DNA from: a virus
Taxonomy: Duplodnaviria; Caudoviricetes
Direction: 5' to 3' (one strand)
IMG/VR virus record: IMGVR_UViG_3300025018_000407
Location: 1-30,951 of that record
DNA: 30,951 bases
Shown: piece after piece, positions 27,801 to 30,951 of the stretch
How positions within the stretch are numbered: the first letter of the stretch is position 1
Layout: every line of letters begins with the position of its first letter
Program-made: the position numbers and the translations under genes
Notes under the pieces: generated by a model
Databases searched by the model: none
Told to the model about the DNA's origin: nothing
The model's input: the letters and a program-made list of their open reading frames with translations, nothing else

Positions 27801-28608
27801 ACAAGATAATACCGCATTGATTAGTAATGCCAGTGAATTTCTTTTGGATAATGCCAGCACTTTGACGATTGATTTAGAAACCGGAAATTTACCTGAACTA
27901 ATTACTATGCGGGATATATACCGCTATCAAGGATACTTTTATTACGGCGGTGAAATTATGGCATATTCAAAAGCGCAACCTTTAGGTATTTTTGCGAACC
28001 GGAAACGCTATATCTTATCTTCACTACTTCGAGGACGGTTAGGAACAGAACATAAAATCAGTACGCATACCGCAAATGATATTTTTGTTTTTCTGGAAGG
28101 ATTATCCGATATTTTTTGCGGACAATCCGATATAGGAAAAGCGATCAATTATAAAATAGTTCCAATCGGTACTGATTACGAATTGGTTGTACCGGATTCA
28201 TTTACAAATAATGCAATTCGTAGAAAACCGTTGCCGGTTTCTTTATTAAAAGCCGAAAGAAACAATAGCACATTAACATGGAAAATTACCTGGAGCGGCA
28301 GATCAAGATTTTCTTTAGGATTTAATGATAGCCTGTTTAAAGTCATGTCAGAAAATGAAGAACATTATAAGATTGAATTTTATAATTCAACATATACTAA
28401 TATTTTATTTGACACATTTATAATGTTTCCGAAACGTGTACAAGGTATTGAAACAATCCCTACTTTTTTATTATCTTCCAGTATGCAGATTAGTATATTT
28501 GGAAGTATTCAAAATACTTTGTATTTGCGTGTATATCAATTAAGTGATGATTATACGTTAAATAGTTTTTTAAGTGAAACAAAACAATTAACGGCTACTG
28601 TACTATAA
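24853..28608 (+). CDS. Tail tip / central fibre protein (GTA megatron / gpJ-like) with Kelch-like propeller insert
   Basis: GARLNDL...YGSPIPQGYG, PIYPGCAY...LEQFSNAVP, LEEGDVI, LLRGRLGTE motifs; central GG/W-spaced repeats. Confidence 0.88.
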   Translation: MVLPFLLATLGSFAFGPVGFALGSLAGLALQGRPKTYGARLNDLSVPTTNYGSPIPQGYGTFPVVGIPVWSPGKKEVKKSRTVGGFLFFGGTDIFNYYYFYTGTEILTSHEINGIVAVYINDNKVADFSGAVVTTAMEQSTGNFLKYVHFNYGSTPSTASPTAIKTLGGGITNKDEVPIYPGCAYVDYDLFPLEQFSNAVPTFKYIVSRNANISADSWTNVPGIPWQGRSLFGVARLKKEVYIIMGFSNTADLMDVWKSSDLINWERAPSVGNPQLGWDATIFAQQIRFTNLYNFRAVNWVTNELLVLFANQDPIEYIVCYGGETTNGKSWIQHSETELGSFIIGIAFNGKRWFDVVALSQTAFPKHSYGMCVARDSSISSSDIILLYGGESIPGYSATINPPAGGHNGANGGFYKNLYYSINGLSFAEIASDGGMDYRTNCILVEFKGEVYGFGGHVEPPGDSNISNVIYKKQPGFNGFLLHSNYFRKFFPVLSASLVTNSVTIENSIVKNNVFDNIGLSVVLSGADGGSFTVASIEADGSNTKIILNEALTGIVITEIYINDAPFNGAIWTGGVWRNKLVVIMANTSGGSSTLNVFTSNEGQVWTQDADLSPTPVTYGSGSYPEYFNFDEIIALLGGENSSQAVHNVVLRSQTPVTAASTITLSSIVSDIWENQLLRSADLLDVSDITTVLLHGAPNYDNSSPADYLEQLCIAFGIDVIETDKVYFRQRKNADTGITITTTELATYAENEQIPDIIHSIITNDLSVAVEVNVNYYNVSNDWKIDSATARIQTNKIDGTIEIDNQNKLDVNLSVCMTPEQARTTAHFILWNQLVSRKKIPVRLGINRIALEEGDVITLQTDDGNFTVRLEEFSNISKNIFEWQTSLENVTLYTVPDSEVGSLPVNNTQDSPLIDFNLNSQFLDIPSLFKNENNEYGFFIASNFSRESESKFNGYEVYRQTDPNINHYELIGSYNNPGIIGITQDNTALISNASEFLLDNASTLTIDLETGNLPELITMRDIYRYQGYFYYGGEIMAYSKAQPLGIFANRKRYILSSLLRGRLGTEHKISTHTANDIFVFLEGLSDIFCGQSDIGKAINYKIVPIGTDYELVVPDSFTNNAIRRKPLPVSLLKAERNNSTLTWKITWSGRSRFSLGFNDSLFKVMSENEEHYKIEFYNSTYTNILFDTFIMFPKRVQGIETIPTFLLSSSMQISIFGSIQNTLYLRVYQLSDDYTLNSFLSETKQLTATVL

Positions 28609-28620
28609 AAGGAAATAACC

Positions 28621-29961
28621 ATGACAACTCCAAAATGGTCTTTTAATGAATTTACAAATCAAGATATTGATATTGCTACGAATTTGAATACGATTATCAA
28701 CGATATTGATTTATTACTTTATGGTATTTCTATCAATAATACCACTACGATACCTCCGGTCTCTCCGGCAAGCGGAGACGTGTATATAGTTGATGGGGAT
28801 GAATATATTATTACAGCCGTTAGTACGGTGGATAATTCATTCACGGTAGCAGGAGATCAATCAAGTAAATTTACGGTAGGAAAATTATTTATTATAAGGA
28901 GCGGAATACATCAAGGCAGTTGGACGGTAGTATCTTCTACTTATACCACCAGCACAAAAATCATAGTCGTGCAAGCAATAGGAAGCGCAACGGTAGCAGG
29001 AACCATAATGATAGCAAACGGGGTATGGAATGGTCATGTAAATGATATTACTATTTATCTAAATGGCTCTTGGAGATATATTAGTCCGGTTCAGCGCACT
29101 TTATTTTTTGATATTGCGCTTAATGATTATATTTATTACGAAGGGAATTCATTATCTTGGGTTACAGGCGTTCCGGTATCCGCGCATACACATTCATTAG
29201 TTGATATTACCGATGTAACTGCAACGGCTGGAGAAATAAACTTATTGGATTTGGGTGGATTAACTGCTGGACAAGTTTTGCAGGCAACCACCGCTACTAC
29301 CGCCGCTTGGCAGGGAATTACCGCCGGCAGTTTACCTACCGCTATTGATGCCGCTAAGATTGCCGACGGCTCGGTATCGAATATTGAATTTGAATATTTA
29401 GACGGGGTAACAAGTGCTATTCAAACTCAAATTGATTCTAAGGCTGCAAAAGACAGAATTGAAGACACTACCGCGGATACTTTTATTGATGTAAATAATG
29501 TGGATGATAATAATATTTATTTTGTATGTAATTCAATTCCGGTTATGCAATTGGATGAAGGAACAGGAGTGCCTTTAATTGGTTTTGGTATTGCCCCGAC
29601 TTCTAATATTCATTATAGAAGCACAACCGGAAGCATTGAATTTAAAATGGAAAGTACACAAGATGTACCCATACAGTTTACATTTGCTAACTCACAAAAT
29701 ATTTGGGTATTAACCGCAGATGCAAATTCTTTTTTAATATCATTAGTTGGTTTAGGTAGTGTATTATCCATTGATTCAACAGGAAAAGTTACATTTTTAA
29801 ATAATATTAGTCATGGAGGAATAACAAACTATGGCAGTAAAACGCAAGCACAAATAAATGCTTTAACCCCCGTTGAAGGTGATATTGTTTATAACTCTAC
29901 AACTAAAGATTACGAATTTTATAATGGAAGTAATTGGAATGGAATGGCAAGAGTAAATTAA
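28621..29961 (+). CDS. Tail fibre with N-terminal DUF2793-like domain
   Basis: PPVSPASGDVYIV...GVWNGHVNDI...WRYISP; HTH trimer motif; EFEYLDGVTSAIQTQID fibre repeat; C-terminal EGDIVYNSTT...YNGSNW. Confidence 0.85.
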   Translation: MTTPKWSFNEFTNQDIDIATNLNTIINDIDLLLYGISINNTTTIPPVSPASGDVYIVDGDEYIITAVSTVDNSFTVAGDQSSKFTVGKLFIIRSGIHQGSWTVVSSTYTTSTKIIVVQAIGSATVAGTIMIANGVWNGHVNDITIYLNGSWRYISPVQRTLFFDIALNDYIYYEGNSLSWVTGVPVSAHTHSLVDITDVTATAGEINLLDLGGLTAGQVLQATTATTAAWQGITAGSLPTAIDAAKIADGSVSNIEFEYLDGVTSAIQTQIDSKAAKDRIEDTTADTFIDVNNVDDNNIYFVCNSIPVMQLDEGTGVPLIGFGIAPTSNIHYRSTTGSIEFKMESTQDVPIQFTFANSQNIWVLTADANSFLISLVGLGSVLSIDSTGKVTFLNNISHGGITNYGSKTQAQINALTPVEGDIVYNSTTKDYEFYNGSNWNGMARVN

Positions 29962-29979
29962 ATTTGAAAGGATATTAAA

Positions 29980-30231
29980 ATGAAACTTGTAAGAATTGTC
30001 TGTCTGTTGGTTTTGTGTGTTGTTTTATGCGGCGCGGTGCGGGTGCAGGCGCAGGAAAAGCGCTTATTGATTATTCCGAAACGTTCGGAGATTACTCAGT
30101 TTAAAACTCTAACGCGGGGGCAAAAAAAGGCAATCAGAAACCGTGTGGCTGCGCTTCGTATATTACGTGGTTCATCCGTTCCTATAAAAATAAATATCAA
30201 GAAGATTCAGCGTAAAGGAGGAAAACGATAA
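29980..30231 (+). CDS. Small, very basic protein with signal peptide
   Basis: MKLVRIVCLLVLCVVLCGAVRVQA-Q; K/R-rich mature part; AAGGA SD. Confidence 0.75.
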   Translation: MKLVRIVCLLVLCVVLCGAVRVQAQEKRLLIIPKRSEITQFKTLTRGQKKAIRNRVAALRILRGSSVPIKINIKKIQRKGGKR

Positions 30232-30951
30232 TGAGATACTTACTTCCTCTTTTATTTATTTGTCGGTTTGCAACCGCACAAATAACACTTGTTGAAAAAG
30301 CACCGGATTTTATTCCTTCCGCTTCACCTTATCTGTTTGAAGCGAACGATAGTGATTTTTCCGCTTACGTAAAAAGTGACGGTTCAGCCGCTTTTCAGAA
30401 TGATGGGCTGATGGTTGAATTTCAGCCCTTTATCGGCGGGGGTTGGGAAGATACTAATTATCTGATTCAGGAAGCGGAAATATTCAGTGGCAGTAATCCG
30501 GTTGCAGTTGCTAATCAAATCCATTTTGCAAGTCCTTATACGTTTGCAGAGAGTTTATTAGTATACACCACTTACACGGAACTAAGATACCGTATGGTGT
30601 TTAATTCCACCGCCGGTCAGGACTTGGCGGGAATTATCCCCTCAACCAGTGATCTTATATTCGGTGGTTATAACTTTACGGTAGATGATTTAGCGGGTTC
30701 AACCGTGATTGCTTATGCCAGCATTGAGGATACCAGTGGAACTGTGATTGACCCAAGCGGATATGCAATTGCTTATAAAATCGAAATTAGAAATGCAACC
30801 GATACCTTGTTTGTTGAGCCCGCATTTGGTATAAAGGATACCGGTGAAACTGTATATGGTGAACTAATATGGTCTGATTATGGTATTTTAAAACGATGGT
30901 CTGCCGAAACATGGAATGATTTAATTTGGATTGACCCTGTAATTAGTGATA
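30231..30951 (+). CDS. Signal-peptide-bearing acidic beta-rich protein, truncated by the window end (absent from the ORF track)
   Basis: AAAGGAGG SD, TAATG overlap; hand translation MRYLLPLLFICRFATA-QITLVEK...LIWIDPVISD stays open for 240 codons. Confidence 0.85.
   Translation, partial: MRYLLPLLFICRFATAQITLVEKAPDFIPSASPYLFEANDSDFSAYVKSDGSAAFQNDGLMVEFQPFIGGGWEDTNYLIQEAEIFSGSNPVAVANQIHFASPYTFAESLLVYTTYTELRYRMVFNSTAGQDLAGIIPSTSDLIFGGYNFTVDDLAGSTVIAYASIEDTSGTVIDPSGYAIAYKIEIRNATDTLFVEPAFGIKDTGETVYGELIWSDYGILKRWSAETWNDLIWIDPVISD

Larger units (their letters stand above)
1..30951 (+). mobile_element. Tailed bacteriophage (siphovirus-type) genome segment; phage vs prophage cannot be decided
   Basis: Co-oriented terminase-portal-scaffold-capsid-neck-tail tube-chaperone-tape measure-tail tip order; no sheath gene, no host housekeeping genes. 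Confidence 0.97.

Noticed and set aside
29980-30231. Holin or spanin assignment
   Set aside because: Single cleavable-looking hydrophobic segment, no adjacent endolysin, and an AxA-type site fits better than a lipobox
1-30951. Gene transfer agent, or alternative genetic code
   Set aside because: GTA similarity is limited to the tail tip and early phage genes are present; genes are full length in the standard code with TAA, TGA and TAG all used as stops

Overview
AT-rich tailed-phage (siphovirus-type) genome segment; every credible gene is on the + strand. 1-5295 is an early/accessory cluster: Dam-family adenine methyltransferase, beta-clamp-like protein, an HExxH protein and small ORFans. 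It ends at a perfect 20-bp inverted-repeat terminator followed by a TTGACA promoter. From 5473 to the end is a near-complete morphogenesis operon: terminase small/large, portal, scaffold, HK97-fold capsid, adaptor, gp7/MuF-like protein, head-tail joining genes, tail tube, G/GT chaperones with a clear -1 frameshift signal, tape measure, a GTA-like tail tip (DUF2460, DUF2163, large central fibre; no NlpC/P60 gene) and a DUF2793 fibre. The most unusual feature is that five genes inside the structural operon encode Sec-type signal peptides, several in positions normally held by head-decoration or fibre proteins, suggesting virion parts that are exported and assembled outside the cytoplasm. Also notable: pseudoknots before the scaffold gene, a hairpin-sequestered leader ORF, a recurring inserted beta-domain in four tail proteins, and short duplications. 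All family calls are by motif recognition and gene order, not database searches. No integrase, lysin, tRNA, CRISPR array or reverse transcriptase was recognised.
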